A stretch of 62,928 nucleotides of DNA, counting the filler, from Neolecta irregularis DAH-3 (Eukaryota): assembly GCA_001929475.1 (NCBI GenBank). It is 11 parts of 11 records of this genome, joined end to end, with 100 filler letters (N's around TTAATTAATTAA, not from the genome) between each part and the next. Parts side by side here need not be neighbours in the genome. Positions count along the whole stretch, not along the records: positions 24,917 to 54,284 come from LXFE01001575.1; 10 more parts are not named here. One strand, given 5' to 3'. The translations under genes were made by a program, and so were the position numbers. The notes beneath the pieces were generated by a model. The model did no database searches. It had not been told where the DNA came from and was given only the letters and a program-made list of their open reading frames with translations. The first letter of the stretch is position 1; each line of letters starts with the position of its first letter. Below, one piece after another: positions 36,345 through 47,066 of this stretch.

Positions 36345-37513
36345 ATGACTAAGCTTACCTTTCAGCAGATAATGGAAATGGGCCAATCCGCCAGTCTGAA
36401 ATCACAAGCTGCTGCTTCTGAAATTGAGCAGAGGAGACGAGATGAGCTTGCGCAGCTTCGCAAAGCAGACATGGAGCGAATTGAAATTGAGCGGCGGGAA
36501 CGAGCGGAGAAAATCAAGAGGGAACGCGAAGATTACCTAAGAGAAAAGAAGAAGAAAGAGGAAGAGAAAGTACGCAGGGACAACTTTGATAACAACAAGA
36601 AAAAACTAGTCAAAACAGTTGACAAGAAAGAACAGCAGTATGCGTGTGCTAAATTAAACTAACATAGAATTACAAAACCTCGATCGACTACATTTAAAAA
36701 GATTGAAAAGGAGACAAAACGCAGGATTAATACACATGTGAAACATAAAGTATCATCAGGTATATATCAAACGATAAAGAGCTGAAATTACAAGCACCTC
36801 CGAAACCCATGTCTACGCCAAAAGCAACTTTGTCCAAAGGATCAAATATTCCACCTATAAAAGGGGTTCCAAGGCCGCCGAGTGATTTGGTAGCATTAAT
36901 TGGTCCGAAACGGGATATGAGGACACCGGCACAAGTTCAAGATGATATACGAGCTCGCAAAATGGGGATTGTGCAGAAATTCAGTTGGCAAGCGATTAAG
37001 AATCGGGGTCAACAGGTGATGATTAAACCCGAACGACGGAGCATTTCAGGGAAAAAATTGCCTGAAAAAGTCAAAGATATTGGAGAAAAGGCGTTGGCAA
37101 GAAAAGTGGATTATATAACGGATAAGCCTGTTTTGTCTAAACCGGGGAAGAAACGACCTCTTCCAGAACCGCCGAAGGGTAAACAGCCTTTAGAAACTAT
37201 TCGTCGTCGTCCTTTACCGCAACCGCCGAGTCGCCGAGAACATGACGACGACGACGATGAAGAAGATGACTTTATTGACGATGACGAGGTGGAAGAAGAT
37301 ACTCGGTCAGAGATTTGGAAGATATTTGGTAAGGATCGACGAGAGTATGTGTCACGGCGAGATGATAGCGACGATGAGGATATGGAGGCAACTGGCGCTG
37401 AAGTCCATCGCGAAGAAGCCAAAGCACAAAGGCTGGCAATGGAAGAGGACGAACGAGAGGCGAAACTCGAAGAAGTCGCGCGGCAGCGGAAGAAGATGCG
37501 ATTGGGCAAGTAA
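36345..37513 (+). CDS. SPT2: Chromatin protein Spt2
   Basis: C-terminal DDFIDDDE...SEIWKIFG...DMEATGAEVHREEAKAQRLAMEEDERE. Confidence 0.85.
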
Positions 37514-38375
37514 TAATTATGAAATCCACATTTAGCGATTTAATAGATACAAGATGCGAAAGGAGGATCAAGGAATGGTTAGCTCAGGGCAATGTTTGAT
37601 TTGTATTTATTTGGTGTTTGGTATATATTTAGAGTGTATCTTGGGTATCGAGTATCTGTTTTAATGTATAGAATCTGTATCGATTCACAAGGGATTCGTC
37701 ATCCTGCTCATTCATGTGGTACCCCCGCGTGCTTGGCAGTGCAGAGTGTAGTTTGTGAATAAGATTAGAAGTGAGTCCTATGATCCCGTCTCCCTCTTGG
37801 GCTGCTATAAAAACATAACGCGGTGCCGGGATGTGTTCCCCAGATAGCCAGAGGGTGTATGGAGTCTCGCGGGCGGACACAGCGGGCGGTTGCAGCAGCA
37901 GCAACAGCGCATGTGGTCACAGCTGCGATAACAGGCCAGGAGGGTCAAGGGTGGGGCGGGGTGAGGAGACCAGGCGGCAATGGGCAAGCAGGACGGGTGA
38001 TAAGGGGCGAGGAGGGGGAGCAGTAATGGGCGAGACGAGCGGGCGGATCGATAGCAGGCGACGATAGCAGGCGATAACGGGCGAGAAGGGCAGGCGATAC
38101 CGGGCGACGAGGGCAGGCGGTACCGGGCGAGGAAGGCGGGCAGTAGGCTATAGTTATAAGATCTATTCTTAGCTAATATTAAGTATGGAAAGACGAACTA
38201 ACATAGAATTTTAAATAGAATTGTACTATTTAGATCTTATATTAATGGAATAGGCAATTGAACCAATATGAATCCAAATCCTGATTCAGTGAGGATTCAT
38301 GCATGATCCCACCCTTGGATTCAGTATCAGCAAATTCTATACATCCCTGTGGACCAGGCCTGACCCTTAGAAAAA

Positions 38376-38430
38376 TCCATGGGCCAGGCTTTGCAAAAAG
38401 CCCATGGACTTTGGTCCATCCATAACACTG
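38376..38430 (-). mobile_element. hAT-like transposon end (same family as 46809 and 61478)
   Basis: Reverse strand reads CAGTGTTATGGATGGACCAAAGTCCATGGGC...GGCCCATGGA. Confidence 0.45.
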
Positions 38431-38678
38431 CCACCAACCACTCCACAAGCTCACCTAGAATTAGAAGCTAAAATAACAGCAAAGGCATTAGAAAGAGCTA
38501 GTATTGATATTGAATGGCTAAACTTTGAATAGAACATTGGGTAGATAAAATTTGTTTTTGGTGGCGGGTTTCTGGGGGTGTCGGTTAAATTGCCGCTGAG
38601 CTTAATATCAATGTGTCTCACGTGGATCACGCCATCTCGACGCCATATTACTTATTCACCCGCTATAAAACCAGGGCC

Positions 38679-39990
38679 ATGCCACCAATCTCCGCAATGA
38701 CCCGCTCTGACTCCATCTCGATCATCCAAAACTCTCCACCACAAAACACCACCCACCTCGAATTCGCCTCTCTCGCAATCCACGCTGGATCGCCCCATGA
38801 TCCCGTTACAGGCGCCGTTATTGAGCCTATTTCCCTCTCAACCACTTTCTCCCAGCGGAATCACTCCCAGTACGAATATTCCCGCTCTGCAAATCCAAAC
38901 AGAGACAATTTCGAAGCCGCAACAACAGCCCTCGAGGCCGGTGCGCGTTATTCTGTTGCATTTGCAAGTGGAAGCGCATCGACCAGCATGATCGTCCAGG
39001 CGCTGCTCGCTCCCGGATCCCGTATTCTGGCCTCAAACGACGTGTATGGCGGCACCTTTCGCTACTTTAGCAATGTCGCAAAGGCACACGGCGTCACTGT
39101 ATCCTTTGAAAACCTGCGCGATCCAGAACTTATTCGTGACAACTGGAATGATAATACTAAGGTGTGTATTCCCCATATTCTACCGCTGAATCTGTCTAGA
39201 TGGTCTGGATCGAGAGTCCTTCAAACCCCACACTCAGTCTTGTCGATATCGCTGCAATCTCAGAAATTGCTCACCAAAGAGGCGCAATAGTAGTGGCAGA
39301 CAACACTTTTCTCTCGCCCTATGTTTGTCTTGCATATTAAATGTTCTAAAACTGCAGCTATCGAACCCAATATTACTCGGTGCAGATATCGTCTCACATA
39401 GCGTGACTAAATACATAAACGGACACTCGGACGTGATCATGGGCGTCGCCTCATTTGCTCACACACGACACTTTGAAAAAGTAAAATTCCTACAAAATGC
39501 AATCGGCGCAGTTCCTTCTCCTTTTGACTGTTTTCTCGCTCATAGAGGTTTAAAAACACTTCATCTTCGCATGAAAGCATGTTGCGACAATGCTTTAGCT
39601 GTGGCAGAAGCACTTGAATCACATCCTGCAGTCACAAAAGTTCTTTACCCAGGTCTAGCTTCACACCCTCAACGAAATCTCGCTCAAAAACAACATCGAA
39701 AAGGTCTTGGCGGAGGAATGGTTTCATTTAGAATACACGGTGGATACGATGCCGCTCAAAAATTCTGCCGTTCAACAAAATTATTTACATTAGCAGAAAG
39801 CCTAGGTGGCATTGAAAGTCTATGTGAAATTCCCTGGAGTATGACACATGCGGCCATCGACGAAACCATGCGTATCGAATTTGGAGTTACCGAGAATCTC
39901 GTCAGATTGAGTGTGGGCTGTGAAGATGCAGAGGATTTAGTCAAAGATGTTATTCAGGCCGTGGAAAAGGCCACTATGGGTGGTATGTAG
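38679..39990 (+). CDS. CYS3: Cystathionine gamma-lyase, 3 exons (ATG at 38679 or 38697)
   Basis: [42 protein letters not shown] (PLP lysine) and [12 protein letters not shown]. Confidence 0.95.
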
Positions 39991-40050
39991 TCTCTTTTGT
40001 CGGATATGGTATTGATTAGAGTGTTATGATAGTATAATTTATATTTATGT

Positions 40051-41021
40051 TTATCCAGATACCTCTACAATATCTCGAGCAACTCCAGTCTCGATACTCT
40101 TTACTAAAACACCTGTGAATCCTCTTATTCTCACCTGTTCAAGAAACATATCTGTGCCGCCTCCAACTCCAAAGTAGTGTCGTTTACCAGCAACAACTGC
40201 TTTTCCCTCCTTTCCAATAATCTTTCCAATCAACTGGACTAAATCATCCATAGAATCAAGCGAATACCACGACTCGCTCGATACAACTAATTCTCCCATC
40301 CCCGTATAAAACCCTGCAGACTCTTTCCATCCACCGGATACAACCTCCACTACAATCCCACGTCTCTCCAAATCGCTACAAAATTCCTCCTTTAGTTCAT
40401 CAGTCACTTGTACCTCTCCATCTCCACTATTTTTAAAACAAATCCACCAACAAATAAGAATATTCGCTACAGCAGAAAGCGCCAACACAGACTCGTTATA
40501 ATCCTGCAAAATAATCCTGAGCCCTTCACGTCCTTGCTTAAGCGCTCTCATCAACATAAAACAACTAGGCAGCCCGGATCCGCAACCCAACTATATCTAA
40601 ACGCCCTCCAAAGAAGAGAAACAAACCTCAACCATCCGTTTCGCAAGGGGAAGAGTGTGTAGATAGGTAATAAGATCACCTGTACTCTCCCATGTTTTAA
40701 ATCCGCCTTCATAAATACCGGGAATCAAATCATTCGCCCCGATGTACGTATCCAACAGCTCTTCTTCTTCACTAATCATTTGTAATTTTATATCATACAA
40801 GTCCCGACGACCAAGAACAATAGAAGACGTAATCTGTACAAGAGAATATGAAATCCGATCAGGTAATTCATAAACCTGAAATAAACATAAAAAAGAGAGT
40901 AGATAAATACCATTTTTTTGAAATCGAGGGTTTGGGGTTGGAGGAACGGTGATATATGAGGGTGCACATTGGTTTCCGATTCCACTGATTCATTTTCTTC
41001 AAAGCTGAAGGAAAAAGACAT
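40051..41021 (-). CDS. HPM1: Histidine protein methyltransferase (METTL18/Hpm1), multi-exon
   Basis: MSFSFSF, RRDLYDIKLQ, YEGGFKTWES, LGCGSGLP, LQDYN and AGKRHYFGVGGG. Confidence 0.9.
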
Positions 41022-41348
41022 TGGTGGTTATTTTCTTGTTTTTGTAAATCGATTCACGTGCAGGAGAAATTTCCAACCCGGACAATAACCCTAACCCTAG
41101 GAGTGAGTATATCTAAAAAACTGTTCATTGATTCTTGGCTTGAACGGATAGAGCATATCTGCCCCTGTTATACGGAACAACTGCAGTACTACTTATAGAA
41201 AACCAATAGGAACTTGAAATATAGCGGTCTGACAAAGATAATAGAAAGGAAGAAATCTCTTAAACATCCTCCCACAAAATGGCGTGTCATTTCCGCGCCA
41301 CATACTCACCAAGATTTTACAACGATATTTTTATTAAAGCGAGACAAC

Positions 41349-41601
41349 CAGTGCTCCGAACACCGACCCCATCCCATACACAACCTAGTCTTATTTGTAC
41401 CCAAGGTAGGTGTTATAGCCGCCGATTCGACTCACATTAACTGATTATGAGGGAAATCTATTTTGATAATTACTCTAGCTAGTAGTAAGTTTCAGCCCCC
41501 TGGCAGCCCCTATCCACCCACCCCATACCCCCCGGGGTGGGGTGGATAAAGCGGGGTAGGATGGATTGGATTCACCCTCGGGTGGGGTATTCGGAGCACT
41601 G
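41349..41601. mobile_element. MITE of about 253 bp with CAGTG termini (hAT-like)
   Basis: TIRs CAGTGCTCCGAA and TTCGGAGCACTG, with subterminal CCCCA/TGGGG arrays. No clear TSD. Confidence 0.7.
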
Positions 41602-41631
41602 GTTTCAATACACTTCTATTTCTCGGACAAT

Positions 41632-42972
41632 ATGTTGCCAAAGATCTTATTGCTCATGCTCTGTGCTCCTAGTTTTTCCATATCACCTCTTTCATCGTTC
41701 AGAGACAGGAGGGAACGCTTTCCTAAAAAGAATATCCAGTTCAGTGATCAGAGCCAAGTTGTCTCGAATCTCCCCATTATATATCGTGGCCAAAAACCTA
41801 GTAGGAAAGTGCTTCGTGGGATTCATAAAGCCTGCGCAAAGGAATGCCTCTCGATGGATAAGTTTTGTCGTTCGTTTGCCCTGATCATGGTCAGCCAAAT
41901 TGAGGCACAATGTATAAAGTTTGTCACAAAGGCATCGGAAATAACCTTTACAATTAATGAACAGTACCGTACTACACTTTTGGCAGTAGAAGAGTAAATG
42001 CTTGAGTCTGGAAAATATCTTATAGTCTAGGAAGCGTGTTCATGATATGGTTGCCGAGATCCTTGATAACCCTGAAATATTGGAAGGACAGCAGGCCGAA
42101 GAACTTTTAATTAGGTATGGGTTATCAAAGGAAAACCACCATGATGGATGGAATTCAATGATGGATTTTCTATGGATCTGCAAAACTGTTTTACATGCCA
42201 GTCCACCAGGAGAAGTCGATTTTGATAAATGGATTGCCGGGGAATCCATTGTACTGTCTCGTATAGAATCTTCAGATCGTTCTGACAAAAAGGTATTAAG
42301 TGTGTTTGTCCATAGGCTAACCTTTTGAATGCTGCCGAAAAAGAGATTTCTTCGCAATCGTTTGAAACTCTTTTGTTGCCTTTTCTCGATATAATCAGCC
42401 GGAGCTCTGATTCAAGTATAGTCACTATTTACGATCCCATGAAAAAGACACTTTTCATCAAAGGAACTGATATGCAAATACTCGTCCTTTCATTCGGTTC
42501 CGATGACTACATCGTTATATCACAAGATGAGGCCTTTGAGAATATTGTTATCCCAAAGGGCAAAGTACATCTTCACATATTGTTTTCGTTTGGTGCACTT
42601 AAGGCCCTGGAACAGCAGGGATCGTCTCTCCAGAAAATGTATGCAGGAGCAAACGATCGTTTTGGCGACAGGTCCACGTTTGGAATCAGTAGAGCAGAAA
42701 TCACGCCTACTAACGACGACAATGAGAACGATCCAAAGAATGGGATAACATCCTTAATCCGCGTGTTATTTGCACTTCACGTTACTGATAGACGTGAATT
42801 TGAAACAACAACATTCAACTTCAAACTGATCAACGACCTCATGAAAGCTGTGCTCATTAGCGTCTATCGAAATAATCAGAGATCAGAGGTATCATACAGT
42901 CTATTCAACAGCATGGGAAATCGTCATTTCCCGACAAGTATGATTGACATCGTCACTAAGGATGAGAAATAA
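41632..42972 (+). CDS. Orphan secreted protein: PAN/apple-like domain + about 300-aa C-terminal domain (3 exons)
   Basis: Signal MLPKILLLMLCAPSFS and Cys module CAKECLSMDKFCRSF...QC. A 37-nt intron joins in frame to ORF 42047. The second intron, into ORF 42325, has an uncertain acceptor. Confidence 0.7.
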
Positions 42973-43809
42973 TCGAGCAAATATACTTGAGGATCAGATT
43001 AATCTTTACTTGTTCCAGCTTTCTATATTCTTTCATGTTTCTTGGCCTCAATTATGGAGTTCTGATCGTGTTCGAAATTCCACATTCTACTTTAACTTTT
43101 GTGAACGGTCACCTCTTCCGAGATCCTAGGATTTAGGGATGGTAGGTTGCTGCACAGCATTTTCACCCCTGCCGGATTTTCTCTCAGCATTCCTAATCGA
43201 CTAGACCCAATCGACCACTTAATCAGCCCGCCTATATAAATAGACCCCCTTAGACGGACCTTTTGATGCCATCTAGATTGACTAGACTAAAGGTCAAGTC
43301 GGCACCGTCTGAGATGCCTGTCGTAAAAGAAATGCTTAACTTGGCGCAGTCCTGCTTTCCAACGTCAGTTCCCTGTCTCCACGAGAGTATCTTCGTACCG
43401 GGAGTATGGGGTGTGCTGGCGGGTCATAGCTTGTAAACGGGGCTTGGTATTGTTCTTTCCCTCTTTACCTACAGCGTGTACCGGAAGGAAGTATGTTGGG
43501 TTCTGCAAGTAAATCGGATAGTCTTCTGCTCCTCTTTCTTCAACAATATCAAAATCGACCAGAGCAACAATCCTTGAAACCGGCTCATTACATCTCAAGC
43601 CCCAAAACTTTACCCGCCTCTATCAACAACTAACAAAACTCACTTCACATCCATCCTTATTCACAGGTTTTGATCCGTGGGACAGATTCTGTGCGACATG
43701 CCCCTACAAGGGCCGCGTCTGAGGTACAAATAGGACTAGGTTTAATTGTCTAACCTATGTTATATGAATGTAACTCAGGTTAGGTATTTGTTATCCCTTC
43801 TTTATATAC

Positions 43810-44063
43810 TGTAAGTATTGAAGCTCGAGTACGAATAAGACCAGGTTTTATTCTAGCCTAAGTGACCGAACTTGGCTAGGTAATGAAAGCCATTCTACTT
43901 TATATAATACAAATTAAAATGCCACATTATTATTGCAAGTCTTCTTTCCGTAATGATAAGCTCTACCCGAGGGTATATGCTTACATATACTCTATTATTT
44001 AATGCCGTAAATATCCATTAAGTCACTTGCCGTATAAGTAAGAATAAACTTCGTATTCTTACA
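43810..44063 (+). mobile_element. Solo LTR-like element (254 bp) abutting another partial copy (about 43720-43809)
   Basis: TGTAAG...CTTACA inverted termini, internal TATA-like and AATAAA motifs, and homology to 441, 62540-62575 (minus) and 62720-62928. No TSD. Confidence 0.7.
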
Positions 44064-45537
44064 CCACATGCATTGTGTCCGACCGTCCGACCGTCGCCGT
44101 CGACACCCCCCGACAGACGGACGGGCGGGCTGGAATCCGGAGGCAGCAGGAGTTAACAGCTTATATAGTTTCAATCATGCATTCACTAAATAATGGATTT
44201 CTATCTTGCCGTTTCTTCCATCGCTATTATTTCTCTTCATGACTATTTACAAAAAGCTCCTTAGGCAGCCAGTTCTTCTGGCATTCATCTGTTTCAACTG
44301 TGTACATTATGCACCCATTGGCCGGGCAAGTGGTTACTGCGACGACCACTTCAATGTAAACCTGAACCTTTCCCAACCTCCACTCCACCATAATTATTAT
44401 AATTATATTTTTATATTCTCATCTTCTTGGTGTTTTTGTTAACTGGCACAAGCTGCTCATACTGTGACATTGCCACCTGATTTTTCACCTTTGTCTTCCT
44501 ATTTAGAGCACTTGTCTTTCAATCCTCCAATTATTGCAGGTGTGCCACTTTCCTGTGAGTCAATTGAAGCTGGTAAATATTTGGTAGTTGGTAATTAAGA
44601 TGGTGTTGGTCAAGATGAAAACTGCTGCTCTCTTGAGGTGAAAGAGCACTCCATTGAGATAGAAGTTGGCAGAATTTCCAGTTTTTCCCATTCGGCTGAC
44701 ATTTGTAACCATTTTTGAACATAAGATATAGCTCCGTTATATCTTATTATTCTTCATCTCTCTTAGGCAAAATATAGCTTCGTCCTTGCTTGATTTAACG
44801 TCATGGCGGTCTCTGGCAGTCCATATCCAGTTAATGTCTCGCGAGCCCATTGTTCTTCCTTTCCAGTATTATGAGAAAACCTTACAATAAGGTCTCCAAC
44901 TTGCTCTGGCTCAAGCGTCGTAGTTATCAGAAATTTATTATTACTGGCAATTGCTTACTCATATATCGCCAAGACTTCATTACTAACCTTTTTTGAAGGT
45001 TTAAGGACCGTCCCTTTAAACTTGATACAATTTAGTCCAAAAGTGTCCTTCTTGACCACCGCAAAAGAATGGCAAAAGTATTGCATCAACCGACATTGTT
45101 GAGCGCATCTTTTGGTCAGTACTCATGTTGTTGACGAAACGGTCGGATAAGAAAATCTCATCAAAGTAGTCGACATTGACTCTGGGAGAATCACTTGGTA
45201 TCTCGTTGAAATACTTGAGATCGGATGGCAGGCAAGTAAGAGTACAAAGCAGGATCAAACCGAAGAGCTTATCAGGAAGCTAGGGCGAAGGCAGGTTGTG
45301 GGTCTCATGTTAGGAGTATGTGGCTGCCAACGGATGTCTTTTCCACTAATACATTTCGCCCAATCCGTCCCTACTTTCGAGACAGCTCCAGGACGCCTCC
45401 ACGCCCTCAAGCTTCCTCCGTCTCTCATATCAGTCTCAGCTTATTTCAATTACTACTATAGATTTCTTACCTAGGAAGTTACGAGGTGCCACAGCTCTCA
45501 GCAGTTGCACTCTCTAGGCCCGCCACCTTGTCTCACT

Positions 45538-45745
45538 GTAACGATATATCCGGGGTATTACCTGTAGATATCTTACCAATACGGTAGGAGGCGGAAAAAT
45601 ATATAAGGGCAATTATTAGATGGAGCATATAAGGGCAGAGCTGGTATATCTTAACCTAAGTGCAAAGGTCTGCTTACTTAGGTCAAGGTATGCATAAGCG
45701 TAAAGGTCTGCTTACTTAGGTTAAAGTTAAGAAATAAAACCTGAA
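45538..45745 (-). mobile_element. LTR-like repeat relic
   Basis: One end reads TGTAAC. Contains the AACCTAAG...CTTAGGT hairpin and GGTTTTATTTC segment shared with the LTR family, plus an internal duplication. Confidence 0.45.
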
Positions 45746-45746
45746 C

Positions 45747-46313
45747 TCATTCTTGATTAAAGAAACCATCGTCGATTATAGAACTAATCGTACCTTTAGA
45801 AATAAGATTACTGTGACTGCTTTTAAAAAGGTAATCTGGGTCAATATCGAGAGGTGCCCTAGTCAAAAAATGTCGATCTACCTTAAAAGGGAACTCGGTC
45901 GATTTGCGATATGTAATCGATCGTTCACTGAAATAGTCGTCGGTCGACTCAAGTGGGTCGAACTGGACCTGTGTCAATTTAGTATTGTCCGACTTGTATA
46001 GTAATCACTATTGGTATAGCCTGAGTAGAATCCGATGGTTCCTCGAAGAAATCTTTATTCGTGTACAAGCCAAGTGGGTTGACCTGTGTCAATTTAGTAT
46101 TGCGTAAACTATATAGTGATCACCTTTGGTACAGTCGAAGGAGGATCCAGGGTTGTATCGAAGTAACTATCGTACATGCTAGAAGACTCCAATGTATCGG
46201 GCTGGTGCTAGGTCAATACTGTGGAAACCATATAGAGCTATTACATGAGCCTGTTGGGCTAACATTGGCAAAGCTGTGACGCTTCCGAGAATAATCAACA
46301 GTGTTGAAAACAT
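45747..46313 (-). CDS. Small secreted protein made of repeated phase-0 exons (absent as a unit from the ORF track)
   Basis: MFSTLLIILGSVTALPMLAQQAH|HQPDTLESSSMYDSYFDTTLDPPSTVPK|VNPLGLYTNKDFFEEPSDSTQAIPI|VQFDPLESTDDYFSERS..., with introns of 37, 40 and 40 nt and TATAAAT about 45 bp upstream. The 3' end is uncertain. Confidence 0.7.
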
Positions 46314-46808
46314 ATGAAGTACACGAGGACCGAACAAAATTTGCGGATGAGACCTTATTTATAAACAGGAACCAGTGATGAGTCGTTAGAGTCCGACTGT
46401 CTCGCAGAATGATCCAGCCTATCTAGAATCAGCCAAGCCACAATATTTTTAGAACTGAATGTCTCTTGCCGATTTCAGCACGTCGGGCACCTTATATTCC
46501 ATTTTGTCTTTCTTTGCAGGGAACTCAACTTGGGGGCATTTCAGTGGTTATCTCCTTTGATAGCTATCAGAAGCAAAATAAGCTGGCTACAAAGTGAGAA
46601 GAAAAGGACGGCAATGGTAATAGCTAACCATCAATTTAATTATGAGTCTTCACACCACAAGGCTGAGACCTGTATCAAGAGGTGGATGGAATGCTGATCC
46701 GAAGCATCTCTACCGCTTCGCCTTTTGGCTTTCGCCTCTTGGCTTAAAGAACTGGAAACATCTTGTCTCGAAAACCGCATGTCTTTCCAAGTCAGACTGT
46801 CTCGCAGA

Positions 46809-46930
46809 CAGTGTTGCGGATGGGCCGTGGATTTAGCCGGCCCATTAACGCTTTATCCTTGGGCTTTTAGTCCATGGACTGGGCTATGGGAAAAAGCCCG
46901 GCCCATCCGGCCCATGGGCCTAATGGGCCA
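46809..46930 (+). mobile_element. hAT-like transposon end with GGCCC(AT) subterminal repeats
   Basis: CAGTGTTGCGGA...GGCCCATT...CCATGG, with the same start at 61478. Confidence 0.55.
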
Positions 46931-47066
46931 TATCATGTGGTATTAGACTGTATGAAGCAACCACGAGTGGCACGGTCACCAAGATCAGAGGATTCTCATC
47001 AAATCTATCCAACCACTCTCCCTCCCCATCAATTTCAAGAATTATTTTCTCTCTTTAACTTCCCTT

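Noticed and set aside
37629..37904. 91-aa minus-strand ORF convergent with SPT2
   Set aside because: No in-frame ATG or convincing upstream exon and no recognisable motif. It cannot be excluded as a relic.
45016..45258. ILLPFF...GHFW resembling another Ulp1-like remnant
   Set aside because: It is too short, is followed by stops and has no downstream Cys motif, so it is unsupported.
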